This document shows, piece by piece, positions 29,973-39,861 of a stretch of 64,000 nucleotides of DNA. Under the pieces are notes generated by a model, which saw nothing but the letters and a program-made list of their open reading frames with translations, was not told where the DNA came from and did not search any database. The DNA is from Promethearchaeota archaeon. GTDB lineage: Archaea; Asgardarchaeota; Lokiarchaeia; Sigyniarchaeales; SOKP01. Position numbers and translations under genes: made by a program. The stretch lies in the NCBI GenBank assembly GCA_048941015.1, contig JBHLNZ010000011.1, positions 1 through 64,000 of the forward strand. The letters run 5' to 3'. Position 1 is the stretch's first letter, and the number at the start of each line of letters is the position of its first letter.

Positions 29973-30476
29973 ATGGGAAAAATTAAAAATGTCTTATTTT
30001 TATGTAGCGGGAATACATCAAGAAGCCCCGCAGCAGAATACCTCGCAAAATGGTTAAAAAAGACAAAATTCAGAGAAGAATTAAAAGATGTAAATTTTGA
30101 TTCTGCTGGTCTTTATAGTTATTATAAAACACCACAAGAAGGTACAGCAAGCTATCTTAAATCGAAAGATATTGATTTCAGTGATTTTAAAGGAAAGCAG
30201 ATTACAGAAGAGTTATTAAAACAGCAGGATTTAATCTTGGGGTTTGAGGAAAAATGGCATATTAAAAAACTAAAGAGAAGATTTAAAGATATAAATGATT
30301 TAGATAACAAGACATTCCTACTGTTAGAGTTTGCAGGTGAAAAAGGAGATTTAGAAATCCCAGATCCTATTAATTTTGAAGCTAATGATTACAAGCAAAT
30401 TGTCGAAAAAATTGAAAACGCTGTTATTAAGGTTTTATATAAAATAATCGATATCAATAAATCTGATTCAAAATGA
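29973..30476 (+). CDS. Low-molecular-weight protein phosphatase (LMW-PTP/YwlE/ArsC fold)
   Basis: P-loop CSGNTSRS, DSAG, IPDP. Confidence 0.88.
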   Translation: MGKIKNVLFLCSGNTSRSPAAEYLAKWLKKTKFREELKDVNFDSAGLYSYYKTPQEGTASYLKSKDIDFSDFKGKQITEELLKQQDLILGFEEKWHIKKLKRRFKDINDLDNKTFLLLEFAGEKGDLEIPDPINFEANDYKQIVEKIENAVIKVLYKIIDINKSDSK

Positions 30477-30979
30477 AAACAATTCAAAATATTCTTTTCA
30501 TATGTTTAGGAAATACAGCTAGGAGTCCTGCAGCAGAATACTTAGCAAAATACTATGCCAAAAAATATAATATTGAGCTTAATATCAAAAGCGCAGGTTT
30601 TATCAATGCGTTTTCTTATATGCAGCCGGAATCACAGGAGTATCTAAATTCTAAGGGTATTGATCATTCAAATTTTAGGCCACAATTGATTAATCGTAAA
30701 TTACTTGAAAATCAGGACTTAATAATTACAATGGAGCGATCTCACGTTGAAGAAATCAGAAGGAATTATGGCGAAATTGAAAATATCAGAGATAAAATAT
30801 TCACATTGAAAGAGTTTAATGGAGAAAATAATGATTTAGATATAATTGATCCATATTATACAAGTACAACGACTTACAAAAAAGTTGTTAAAATTATCGA
30901 TGTAAACGTTGAAAAAATGATAAAGAAAGTAAAAGAAATCAATATAACTTCTAATTTTAATTCAAAATCTGATTGTTAA
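30473..30979 (+). CDS. Low-molecular-weight protein phosphatase (LMW-PTP/YwlE/ArsC fold), tandem paralog
   Basis: P-loop CLGNTARS, KSAG, IIDPYY; ATGA overlap with the upstream paralog. Confidence 0.9.
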   Translation: MKTIQNILFICLGNTARSPAAEYLAKYYAKKYNIELNIKSAGFINAFSYMQPESQEYLNSKGIDHSNFRPQLINRKLLENQDLIITMERSHVEEIRRNYGEIENIRDKIFTLKEFNGENNDLDIIDPYYTSTTTYKKVVKIIDVNVEKMIKKVKEINITSNFNSKSDC

Positions 30980-31092
30980 AATAATTCTTTTTATATGGCT
31001 CATATTAAAACTTCGATATGTTTGTTAAAGATTTAAAAATTAGCAATGAATTAGTAATTATAAATCACTTTATAATAGAAAGGTCTTGATAT

Positions 31093-32061
31093 ATGTTAAA
31101 ACACGATCCAATTATAATAGATACACACGATTTATGTAAAAATTATAACGGAGTGCAAGCTCTTAAAAATCTCAATTTACAAGTAAGGAAAAACTCTATA
31201 TATGGTTTTTTAGGACCGAATGGAGCGGGAAAAACAACGACTATAAAACTTTTACTAGGTTTAATCAAACCAACAAGCGGGAGTGGAACTGTTTTAAATT
31301 ACAATGTAACAAGAGAGAATATGAAAATACGTGCTCGAACAGGATATCTCCCTCAAGAACCACGTTTTTATGAGTATATGACAGCTAGAGAGGTTCTTAG
31401 ATTTACTGCTCGTTTTTTCTTCTATGGACCGAAAATAGAAATTGAAAATAGAGTCTCTGAGATGTTAGCTTTAGTAGGGATTGAAAAAAAGGCAGATCGC
31501 CCTATAAAAGGATTCTCTGGAGGAGAAAGGCAACGTTTAGGGATTGCTCAGGCTATGATACATTATCCTGATTTACTTATATTAGATGAACCAACGGCTT
31601 CGTTAGATCCCGTAGGGCGCCATATGATACTTGAACTAATGGAAAAATTAAGAGAATTCTCAACAATTTTTTATTCAACTCACATATTAGATGATGTTCA
31701 ACGAGTTAGCGATACTGTTGGTATTTTAAATCGTGGAACTTTAGTTGCTAAAGGTAATATTGAGAAGTTATTAGCAGGAAGCGAGGGGACTATTTATTTG
31801 GTAACATTAAAAGGTGATACAGAAGGTGCTTATAAGAGTGTCTCTAATCAACCTTGGGTTTCAAATATTAATGTTGAAAAAAAGGACAATAAAGTAAAGT
31901 GGCAAATTAAAGTCACTGATGATGATCTGGCTGAAGAAAACCTTCTGCGTTTAATTCTCGAAGATAACAAAATAAAAGTTACTGATTATAGATTAAAACA
32001 ATATGAATTAGAAGAGATATTTTTACAAGTATTGGAGGAGGATGAAAATGTCGTTAAATGA
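31093..32061 (+). CDS. ABC transporter ATP-binding protein (ABC-2/drug exporter type)
   Basis: GPNGAGKTT, FSGGERQR, ILDEP, STH. Confidence 0.95.
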   Translation: MLKHDPIIIDTHDLCKNYNGVQALKNLNLQVRKNSIYGFLGPNGAGKTTTIKLLLGLIKPTSGSGTVLNYNVTRENMKIRARTGYLPQEPRFYEYMTAREVLRFTARFFFYGPKIEIENRVSEMLALVGIEKKADRPIKGFSGGERQRLGIAQAMIHYPDLLILDEPTASLDPVGRHMILELMEKLREFSTIFYSTHILDDVQRVSDTVGILNRGTLVAKGNIEKLLAGSEGTIYLVTLKGDTEGAYKSVSNQPWVSNINVEKKDNKVKWQIKVTDDDLAEENLLRLILEDNKIKVTDYRLKQYELEEIFLQVLEEDENVVK

Positions 32062-32830
32062 GAACCTTGAATTAGTAATTGAAAAAAATTGGAAAAGAAG
32101 CTTTCAAAACTTACTAAGTGTAGAATTAGGAGGATGGTGGAAAAGTAAAAGTTGGATTTGGATGACTCTATTATGGGTTGGAATAGTTAATGGCGTACCA
32201 GCATTAACTTTTCTAGGAGCAGAAGATCTTGATCCTGCAGCATTATTATTTTTTTACGGACTTATGAATGGACTATTCCCTCCAATTGCTGTCATTTTAA
32301 TACTACAAGATTCAATCGTTGGAGAAAAAAGATCAGGTACAGCATCATGGGTTCTTTCTAAGCCAGTATCGCGTAAAGCATTTATATTTGCAAAATGGGT
32401 TGGTAATTCTTTTAATATATTTGTTACAATGGCGTTCTTCCCAGGAGTTATTGCATTCTTTGAGTTCTCATTATTATCTGGTATACAATTTTCATTTCTT
32501 TCATTTCTTGCAGCGAGTTTCTTACTTGGATTGAACTTAATATTCTTTATCTCCTTTACGTTAATGCTTGGAACATTTAAAAGTAGTCCTGGAGCTGTTG
32601 CAGCAGTACCAATGATTTTTAATTTTAGCCAACAATTTTTACTGAGTATCCCTTTTGTAGGATATTTCCTTCCTATGTCAATTTATCTTAGCCAACCAGG
32701 AAATCCCATAATTGTATCAATAATTCTTAATGAGCAAATTACTTCAATTCTCCCAGTAATCTTTACTGGGATTTTAACAATCTTATTCCTTGTTATTGCT
32801 TTTTGGCGCTTTGAAAAAGAAGAGTTTTGA
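32048..32830 (+). CDS. ABC-2 type transporter permease
   Basis: IVGEKRSGT...LSKPVSR...AKW motif, 6 TM, overlaps the ATPase stop. Confidence 0.9.
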   Translation: MSLNENLELVIEKNWKRSFQNLLSVELGGWWKSKSWIWMTLLWVGIVNGVPALTFLGAEDLDPAALLFFYGLMNGLFPPIAVILILQDSIVGEKRSGTASWVLSKPVSRKAFIFAKWVGNSFNIFVTMAFFPGVIAFFEFSLLSGIQFSFLSFLAASFLLGLNLIFFISFTLMLGTFKSSPGAVAAVPMIFNFSQQFLLSIPFVGYFLPMSIYLSQPGNPIIVSIILNEQITSILPVIFTGILTILFLVIAFWRFEKEEF

Positions 32831-33008
32831 TTTTCTTTTTTCTCTTAACATTATTATTACTTTTTTTTTTTAAAAATTTATTAGGTAATAATGCAAAAAA
32901 AATTGAAATTAAATTTCTATGTAATGAAGAAGAAAAGGATGTCTGTGTTGAAGAACTTAATTTTTATCTTAGTTAAAAATACCTTAAAAGAAATTAAAAC
33001 TATCTTTA

Positions 33009-33617
33009 TTATTTTTTTGGTTTAAGAAAATCTTTCTCTACTAACTTCCTTAACTCTGCTATTAACCAACATACTTCCTCATATGTAGATGATGATTTGT
33101 AGATTTCTTCCGACTTTTTCTTGATCTCTTTATCATTCAACTTGCTGGTACCTTTTGAAATTTTTAATTGAAGCCTAGCCAATTCTGTGCACAGTTCTTC
33201 ATAGTTTTTATTTTCTTTGGCTAAATTGTATGCATCCAAATTTATTTCTGCAATTAAGTCAGGTTCTAATCCTGCTTCAATTAGTTCCATAGTATCTTCA
33301 ATTTCTAATTCTAATTCTGGACGCTCGCTTGATAAAGATTCTGGTTCTATTCCCTTTCTTATATCATCCATCATAGCGAGAAAAGTACCAAATTCCTCAT
33401 TTTGTCTCATCATCTGCACTTTTGCTGAGTTATTCCTTTTCATGTTAAGATTTTTTGCCCTTCTTAAAGCAAAACCTTCTTTTTTTTTTGATGCTTTTGA
33501 GCCAAGCCAAATATAAATGGTTTTACTTCCGTCAAGTATATATACATTGTTTTGAGTAAAATTAGCTTTTTTTACCTTTCGAGTAACTCCATTTTCATAA
33601 ACGCTATACAAAAGCAT
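33009..33617 (-). CDS. One-domain gelsolin fused to Asgard domain X (1DGelX-like)
   Basis: Gelsolin core VYILD...IYIWLGSKAS...QNEE..F; C-terminal duplicated YEELC/YEEVCWLIAE helices. Confidence 0.8.
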   Translation of the reverse strand: MLLYSVYENGVTRKVKKANFTQNNVYILDGSKTIYIWLGSKASKKKEGFALRRAKNLNMKRNNSAKVQMMRQNEEFGTFLAMMDDIRKGIEPESLSSERPELELEIEDTMELIEAGLEPDLIAEINLDAYNLAKENKNYEELCTELARLQLKISKGTSKLNDKEIKKKSEEIYKSSSTYEEVCWLIAELRKLVEKDFLKPKK

Positions 33618-33972
33618 AAAAAAAAATCCAAATTTTTCTGATAATATTATAGTAGAACAAACTAAATTTATACTTTAATTATTTTCAAGATTTTAAATTC
33701 AATAAATAATAAATAACGTAAATTGCTTCTTATTTTTAATCTAAATGAAATATGAACTCTAATTTCTAAATCTAAACTTTTTTTGAAAATCACCTTTTAA
33801 CTATAAATCTCTTTCTTTTGGATTTTAAAGAAAATTTTAAAAAATTTTAAGATTTAGATCATCTAAATTTTTACTTTTAATAACGAAATGTCTAAGATTA
33901 AAAAATAATCTTATATTCTATGACTTGTCATAATTAAATAAAAATTATTTAAATGTGGGTTGAAAAATAAAA

Positions 33973-35163
33973 ATGGTTGATGTTAAAAACATGGTTGTCA
34001 TAGGTGCTGGTTTAATGGGTCATAACGTTGCTCAAATCGCACTTATGGCAGGTTATAATGTTACATTGGTTGACATCAAAGATGAATTTGTTGATAATGG
34101 AGCTGTTAAAATCGAAGAAGGATTAAAAAAGCTAGAAGCAAAAGGCACTTTAGGAGAGGGTGTTTCTGCTTCTGATCTAATGTCAAGATTAAAAAAGACA
34201 ATAGATCTTGCAAGCGCAGTAAAAGATGCAGATTTTGTCTTAGAAGCAGTTATAGAAAAAATGGATGTTAAAAAAGAAGTTTTTAAAACATGTGATGAGA
34301 ACGCTCCAGCTCACTGCATTCTAGCAACAAACACTTCTACTATGAGCATTACCGAAATTGCCACTGCAACCAATCGAGAAGATAATGTTATCGGTATGCA
34401 TTTTTTTAATCCTCCTATTTTAATGAGATTAATTGAAATTATCGCGGGAAAAAAAAGTTCTGATGAAGCTATGGAGATTGGAGTTCAAGTAGGTGAATCA
34501 CTACCATGTCTAAGAGGCAAAAGATTCGTCCCTAAAGTATTAAAAGACAGACCCGGATTTATTGTAAATCGAATGAATGCTCCAGTTCAACTTTATCTTA
34601 GCTGGGTTTTTGATCAAGCCGCTGAGAAAGGAATTCCTTGGAATCAAATAGATGCTGATGCTGCAGGATTAATGCCTATGGGACCAGCAGAATTAGCAGA
34701 TTATGTGGGTATTGATACTATGTACCATGTTGGTAATTATTATGCTGAAACTCTCTCCCCCGATTTTAAACCAGGAAAAGTTATAACTAAAATGGTTGAG
34801 GAAAACAAGCTAGGCAGGAAAACTGGACAGGGTTTTTATAATTGGAAAGAAAATTTAAATCCAAAAGGCTATCCAAAAATTGATAAATCAACTAAGGCAG
34901 GCCTATTCTCTCCGGAGTATTCAATGGCAATAATGCTGAATGAAGGGTGTCGTTTATTGGAAGAGGGAGTGGTATCAGGGTATAAAATTATTGACGATTC
35001 CAATATGGCTGGAATGAATACCCCTGGTCCATTTGGTGCTGGTAAAAATCAGTATGAAAAGTGGGCTAAGATGTTAGAAGAATTAGCAGATAAAACAGGT
35101 AAAGAATATCTTAAGCCTTGTGAATTGATGAAATCTGGCGATTTTGTAAAAATGCGAAAATAA
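33973..35163 (+). CDS. 3-hydroxyacyl-CoA dehydrogenase
   Basis: GAGLMG, EAVIE, TNTS, GMHFFNP, PGFIVNR, PMGP, LGRKTGQGFY; duplicated C-terminal domain. Confidence 0.93.
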   Translation: MVDVKNMVVIGAGLMGHNVAQIALMAGYNVTLVDIKDEFVDNGAVKIEEGLKKLEAKGTLGEGVSASDLMSRLKKTIDLASAVKDADFVLEAVIEKMDVKKEVFKTCDENAPAHCILATNTSTMSITEIATATNREDNVIGMHFFNPPILMRLIEIIAGKKSSDEAMEIGVQVGESLPCLRGKRFVPKVLKDRPGFIVNRMNAPVQLYLSWVFDQAAEKGIPWNQIDADAAGLMPMGPAELADYVGIDTMYHVGNYYAETLSPDFKPGKVITKMVEENKLGRKTGQGFYNWKENLNPKGYPKIDKSTKAGLFSPEYSMAIMLNEGCRLLEEGVVSGYKIIDDSNMAGMNTPGPFGAGKNQYEKWAKMLEELADKTGKEYLKPCELMKSGDFVKMRK

Positions 35164-35363
35164 AATTAATATTAAAATTTCTCTTCTTTTTTTTATTATA
35201 TCTTCATTTTCTATAATAAGATGTCAAGTTTGAAAATAGTATCAAAATTCAAATTTGAAACTTTTTAATTTTAAAAAAACTATTACTAATTAATCAAATT
35301 TCATATTGAAAAAATACAATAAAATTATTGAAATAGAAAAAAATTTTAAAAAAGGTAATTAAA

Positions 35364-36317
35364 ATGACTGAAGAAGTTAAATTTGAACATATAAAAATTG
35401 AATGGCCTACAAAAGTAGATGACCAAGGTAATGTGATTCGAGAAGGAACTATTGATGGAAATTATGCTGTTATCTCAATTGATAGACCAGACAGATTGAA
35501 CGCATTAACAGTTCAAACAGTCTCGGAAATCGCTCAAGCATTGAAGCTTATGGATACAGATGGAAGTGTTCGGGCTGTAGTTTTACGAGGTACAAAGAAT
35601 ATAACAAAAAAACCCTCTTTTTCAGTTGGAGCAGATTTAGGTGCAAGTTTTGGTAAAGGGTTAAATCCGAGTATTCCTATGCATATGGCTATGGCGATGA
35701 GATTACGTCATCGTGATTATGATGAAATTGAGCAATTTCATAAACCTTTAATTGCTGCAGTCGATGGTTTTGCTCTTGGAGGAGGTTGTGAATTAGTACT
35801 CGTATGTGATGTTGTTATTGCATCCGATAGATCCCAATTTGGATTCCCTGAAATAAATCGGGGGATCTTTCCAGCAAATGGAGGGATCACTCGAATGGCA
35901 TCGAGGATAGGTATAAATAGGGCAATTCGCATGGCGTATTTTGGCGAACACCATGATGCTAAAATTATGCATGATTGGGGCTTCGTTACTTGGATCGCAC
36001 CATCAGGAGATGAATTCGAAAAACTTGTTCATGAAAAAGCTAAATGGTTAAGTGAGGCTCCAACCACAGCGTTATTTGTTATAAAGAAGTGTATTAAATT
36101 TGGAACCAGATATCAAGAATTAGGATTAATGATGGAACAGTTAGGCTTTGGAGTGAATAATGCTAGTTTTGATGCGAAAGAAGGTATTGCTGCTTTTAAT
36201 CGCAAAATTAAATGCCCTGTTTGTGATGGTAAAGGCAAAATGGAAGATGGCAGCACATGCCAAAAATGTGGTGGACGTCGTAAGATTAAAGATTCACCCC
36301 ATTTTAAAGGCATTTAA
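35364..36317 (+). CDS. Enoyl-CoA hydratase/isomerase with C-terminal CxxCxGxG zinc-finger insert
   Basis: RPDRLNAL, FSVGADL, AVDGFALGGGCE, FPEINRG; CPVCDGKG...CQKCGG. Confidence 0.9.
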   Translation: MTEEVKFEHIKIEWPTKVDDQGNVIREGTIDGNYAVISIDRPDRLNALTVQTVSEIAQALKLMDTDGSVRAVVLRGTKNITKKPSFSVGADLGASFGKGLNPSIPMHMAMAMRLRHRDYDEIEQFHKPLIAAVDGFALGGGCELVLVCDVVIASDRSQFGFPEINRGIFPANGGITRMASRIGINRAIRMAYFGEHHDAKIMHDWGFVTWIAPSGDEFEKLVHEKAKWLSEAPTTALFVIKKCIKFGTRYQELGLMMEQLGFGVNNASFDAKEGIAAFNRKIKCPVCDGKGKMEDGSTCQKCGGRRKIKDSPHFKGI

Positions 36318-36404
36318 TTCAATTTTATTTTTTTTATTTTTATCAATTAACTTTTTTTAACATATATTTTTAAAATAAATAATTAACTCTCATTTTCAAT
36401 TAAA

Positions 36405-36959
36405 ATGTTCTATGATATTGATATTATAGAGGAAATTAGTGATAATAATCTTTATTTAAGGAAATTAAGTAAAGAAGACATACACTTTTTTTATGAAAGC
36501 CTTCAAGATGAAAATATGACTAGCTACTTATCACTTGGTCCTTTAAGGTCTTTAGAACATTCAAAAAGATTAATTAAGAATTATTTAAAGTCATGGGAAA
36601 AATACTTACAATTCAATTATTTAATAGAAATTAGAGATTCAGAGAAAATAAAAAAAATTGGCTCTGTAAGTCTGTGGAACATAAGTTGGTTGCATAGAAG
36701 AGCCGAAATAGGAATTTGGCTACTTCCAGAATACTGGGAAAAAGGATTTGGCAAAAAAACATTGAATTTGATAAAAAATATTGCTTTTTTTCATTTAAAG
36801 CTGCATAGAATTGAAGCTCATATTGCTGTTGAAAATGAACGTTCGATAAAAACTTTTAAAAATTCTGAGTTTAAAGAAGAAGGTATTTTGAAAGAATATT
36901 TAAATTTAAATGGCAAATATCATAATGCTTTGATTTTGTCTTGTTTAAAAGGGATTTAA
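36405..36959 (+). CDS. GNAT N-acetyltransferase (RimJ/RimL family)
   Basis: AEIGIW, YWEKGFG, LHRIEA, NERS, FKEEGIL. Confidence 0.9.
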   Translation: MFYDIDIIEEISDNNLYLRKLSKEDIHFFYESLQDENMTSYLSLGPLRSLEHSKRLIKNYLKSWEKYLQFNYLIEIRDSEKIKKIGSVSLWNISWLHRRAEIGIWLLPEYWEKGFGKKTLNLIKNIAFFHLKLHRIEAHIAVENERSIKTFKNSEFKEEGILKEYLNLNGKYHNALILSCLKGI

Positions 36960-37385
36960 TACTAAATTTCTTAGAATTCCTTTAGGTTTAACCATTTGTT
37001 CAATATCTTCTGAAAAAGATTTAAAAAGAGCAACATTTCCGTTGAAATTCGTTAATTCAGTCCTAAATTTATTTAAGAATTTATCGAATATCTCTTCAGC
37101 AATCTTATCAATTGATTTCTTTTTAAATTTCTTGTCATCTATTTTGCTGTCACATTTCAAGATTAAATGGAAATGGGATTGAGGATGAGTATAAAAATAA
37201 AACACACTTTTATTCATTTTTAGAGTATTTAGGCTCTCTTTAAACCCATACTTTGTAAACCGGCAGATTTGATCAAAATAACTGGCTATTAATTGATAGT
37301 TATAATCCTTATTGATATTCTCTTGAAAATTATGGCAAAATAATGGGATACCTGTATTAGATAAAATAATGATTTCTTGAATCAA
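36945..37385 (-). CDS. Stand-alone longin-like domain protein
   Basis: IIILSNTGIPLF...LIASYF...FxxKF...F.G.V..F..F pattern shared with the N-terminal domain at 18033. Confidence 0.72.
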   Translation of the reverse strand: MIQEIIILSNTGIPLFCHNFQENINKDYNYQLIASYFDQICRFTKYGFKESLNTLKMNKSVFYFYTHPQSHFHLILKCDSKIDDKKFKKKSIDKIAEEIFDKFLNKFRTELTNFNGNVALFKSFSEDIEQMVKPKGILRNLVLNPF

Positions 37386-37512
37386 AATTATTCCAAAATC
37401 TAAATTGAATTGCTAAAAAGATAACAATTTCTTTAATGATAATTATAAGGGGTTTTGAAATAAATTAAAGTGATTATTAAGGAGTAAATAAGGATGATGA
37501 TTTAATTCTAAT

Positions 37513-38691
37513 TTACAATAATAAAAAAGACTCTAAATGCTCTTTTATTTTTTTAAATTTTGTGAGAGCTTCATTAAGATCTCCTTCACTTAGAAAAGCT
37601 AAACCTTGACTATTTAGATCTTTAACATTTCTTTTAAGTTTTTCAAGAAGATTAAATTCTCGTAGTTTTTGTTTTATCTCATCATTTAATTCTGTGTACA
37701 TCTTGACATAATCATTCTTTCCAATAAATCTTGAAATCTTGATTATTTGTTCACAATTTTCTTGAGCTTTCTCAAATAGATAATTTGATAGATTGTGTTT
37801 CACTTCCTCTTCCAATGATTTTACATCGTTCAATAATTTATTATATTTTTCTTCTGCATCAAGGATAGTTTTCTTTTTTGAAGATAAATTCCTTTCATAA
37901 TATGTTAGATCTTTTTCTTTAACGAAATTTATAATTCTTTCTAACAATTTTTTAGCATCTTCAAATTGATAATTATCCGTAAGATTTGAGATTTTTTCTA
38001 TGGTATCTTCAACAGTTTTCACAACATCTGATTGTTTTTTTAATTCTGAAACCATTGATTCTAAAGTCTCCCACTTTTTCGTAATATTTGTGTCATTTAA
38101 GTCTTTTAACAAAATTTTTGCCTTTTTTACTGTTTCAGATGCCAGAATTATGTTGTTAGTGGCTAAATAGCTATTTAATTGAATTTCTAAGGGATCAAGT
38201 TTTTTTTTCAAATTATTTTGTTCATTATTATAATTCTTCCATAAATTTTGTTCTTTTTTTATTATTTCGTTAATTTCAGGGATGGAATTGAGATCGTAAA
38301 GACTATCAAATTTTTGAATGAATTTTTGAACTGTTTCATGAGCCTCATATATTTTGTTTTCGAGATTAAATTGGTTAAGCTTTTTTTTCAAGATTTTAAA
38401 ATCTTCATTAATATAGGTAGTTATATTTTCTTCTTCTAAATATTCACTTATTTCTGAAATAAATTCTTCCTGTTCTTTGATAATAAATTTTAAATCGACA
38501 GATTTTGCTAATTCTATAATTTTTTCAGCAACTCTAATTGCTTCATTATATCTTTTCATTAAATAATGGTTGTTTGCGATAACTTTTAATTGATCAATTT
38601 CAGAAATAATTCTTATCTTCTTGATACCTATTTCCTTTTTATTCGAATCAAAATTCAAGTTAATCCACCTTAGTATTTTTATCGAGTTCAT
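37513..38691 (-). CDS. Helical-repeat (TPR/MIT-like) protein, paralog of the C-terminal part of 38660..39724
   Basis: All-alpha repeats (YNEAIRVAEKIIELA; FEDAKKLLERII; FEKAQENCEQII); start uncertain. Confidence 0.72.
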   Translation of the reverse strand: MNSIKILRWINLNFDSNKKEIGIKKIRIISEIDQLKVIANNHYLMKRYNEAIRVAEKIIELAKSVDLKFIIKEQEEFISEISEYLEEENITTYINEDFKILKKKLNQFNLENKIYEAHETVQKFIQKFDSLYDLNSIPEINEIIKKEQNLWKNYNNEQNNLKKKLDPLEIQLNSYLATNNIILASETVKKAKILLKDLNDTNITKKWETLESMVSELKKQSDVVKTVEDTIEKISNLTDNYQFEDAKKLLERIINFVKEKDLTYYERNLSSKKKTILDAEEKYNKLLNDVKSLEEEVKHNLSNYLFEKAQENCEQIIKISRFIGKNDYVKMYTELNDEIKQKLREFNLLEKLKRNVKDLNSQGLAFLSEGDLNEALTKFKKIKEHLESFLLL

Positions 38692-39724
38692 AAATGATTT
38701 TTTCGAAAATTTCTAAAGTCTTTACTATTTCCCCTCTATCTAAGAAATTCAATGCATTCTTACTTAGACTTTCAATTCTGTTAATTAATGCGTCTTTTGC
38801 TTCCTTTAATTTGGAATCATAAAAATCCCATCTTTTTGAAATTTGTTCTTCAATTAATTTATTTGCTAATTCTTTTGCATCTTTTAAAATTAAATTTGCT
38901 TTTTCTAAATAATTTTGGTTCAAATTTCTATTGAAACGAATTTCTAAATCATCCAATTGATCCTTGAGCCTATTTTGTTCAGAATTTAAACTGAATAAGA
39001 GTTTTTCATCTTTTAGTATTAAGTCTCGGAAAATAGAAATTGAATATATATTAAAATAATTCTTATACTTTTTTCTTAATGCGCTTACTATTTTATGAGC
39101 ATCTTTAATTTTATTTTTATCAACTAAATTTTGAAATTCATTTAAAGCCTTCATGCACTCTTTTTCGATATCATCAAGCTTGTTTTTTGTTTGTATCCTT
39201 GTTTGTGCTTCACGAATGAAGTTTTTTTGGTCAATTTCAAGAGACTCATCGTCTATTTCTCTCGCTAATCTTAAGATTTTTTCACCTACTGTAATTACTT
39301 CTTCATAATTTTCAGAAAGGAATTTCTTATCAGCAATTTCTTTTAATTTATTTATTTCTGATACTGAAGGTAATAATTTGATTTCTAAATTTCTAATATG
39401 TTTATCCAATTCAGTTCTTGATAAACCAACTGTTTCAAGGAACTCTGAAGATTCAGAACCAGAATCTATGGTGATATTACGTAATATCTTTAATTCCGGA
39501 TATTGTTCATAAAATAATTCTCTCAATCTTGGAATATGACTTTTAAGAGTTTGCGAAGCTTTTTTACCAATCCAAATGAAGAGTCTTTTAAGAAGAGGAT
39601 TGTAAAAAGTAATTATATCAAACAGAGTAAAATATTGTAATAAATTCTCCTGATGAATCTCCTCAAAACTACCAGAATAGTTCAATTTAAAAATTTTTAT
39701 ATTTGAACTCATGTTTGAATTCAT
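38660..39724 (-). CDS. Gelsolin-like domain plus helical-repeat protein
   Basis: N-term DIITFYNP..RLFIWIGKKAS...ITIDSGSESSEF (gelsolin-like), then alpha repeats. Confidence 0.72.
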   Translation of the reverse strand: MNSNMSSNIKIFKLNYSGSFEEIHQENLLQYFTLFDIITFYNPLLKRLFIWIGKKASQTLKSHIPRLRELFYEQYPELKILRNITIDSGSESSEFLETVGLSRTELDKHIRNLEIKLLPSVSEINKLKEIADKKFLSENYEEVITVGEKILRLAREIDDESLEIDQKNFIREAQTRIQTKNKLDDIEKECMKALNEFQNLVDKNKIKDAHKIVSALRKKYKNYFNIYSISIFRDLILKDEKLLFSLNSEQNRLKDQLDDLEIRFNRNLNQNYLEKANLILKDAKELANKLIEEQISKRWDFYDSKLKEAKDALINRIESLSKNALNFLDRGEIVKTLEIFEKIIYELDKNTKVD

Positions 39725-39861
39725 CTAAGAATTAATTATATTTCAATTTTCTTTTATATTCCTTCTTAAAAATTACTCTAAATTAAAAACTCATAGTTTA
39801 ATATATAAATTGAAGAAAAAAAGCATGTTTTTTTGATATTTTGCATTGAATCTGAGATCTT

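Noticed and set aside
20794-36959. Short tail-to-tail overlaps of convergent genes (20794-20816, 36945-36959)
   Set aside because: Common in compact AT-rich archaeal genomes; no extra signal
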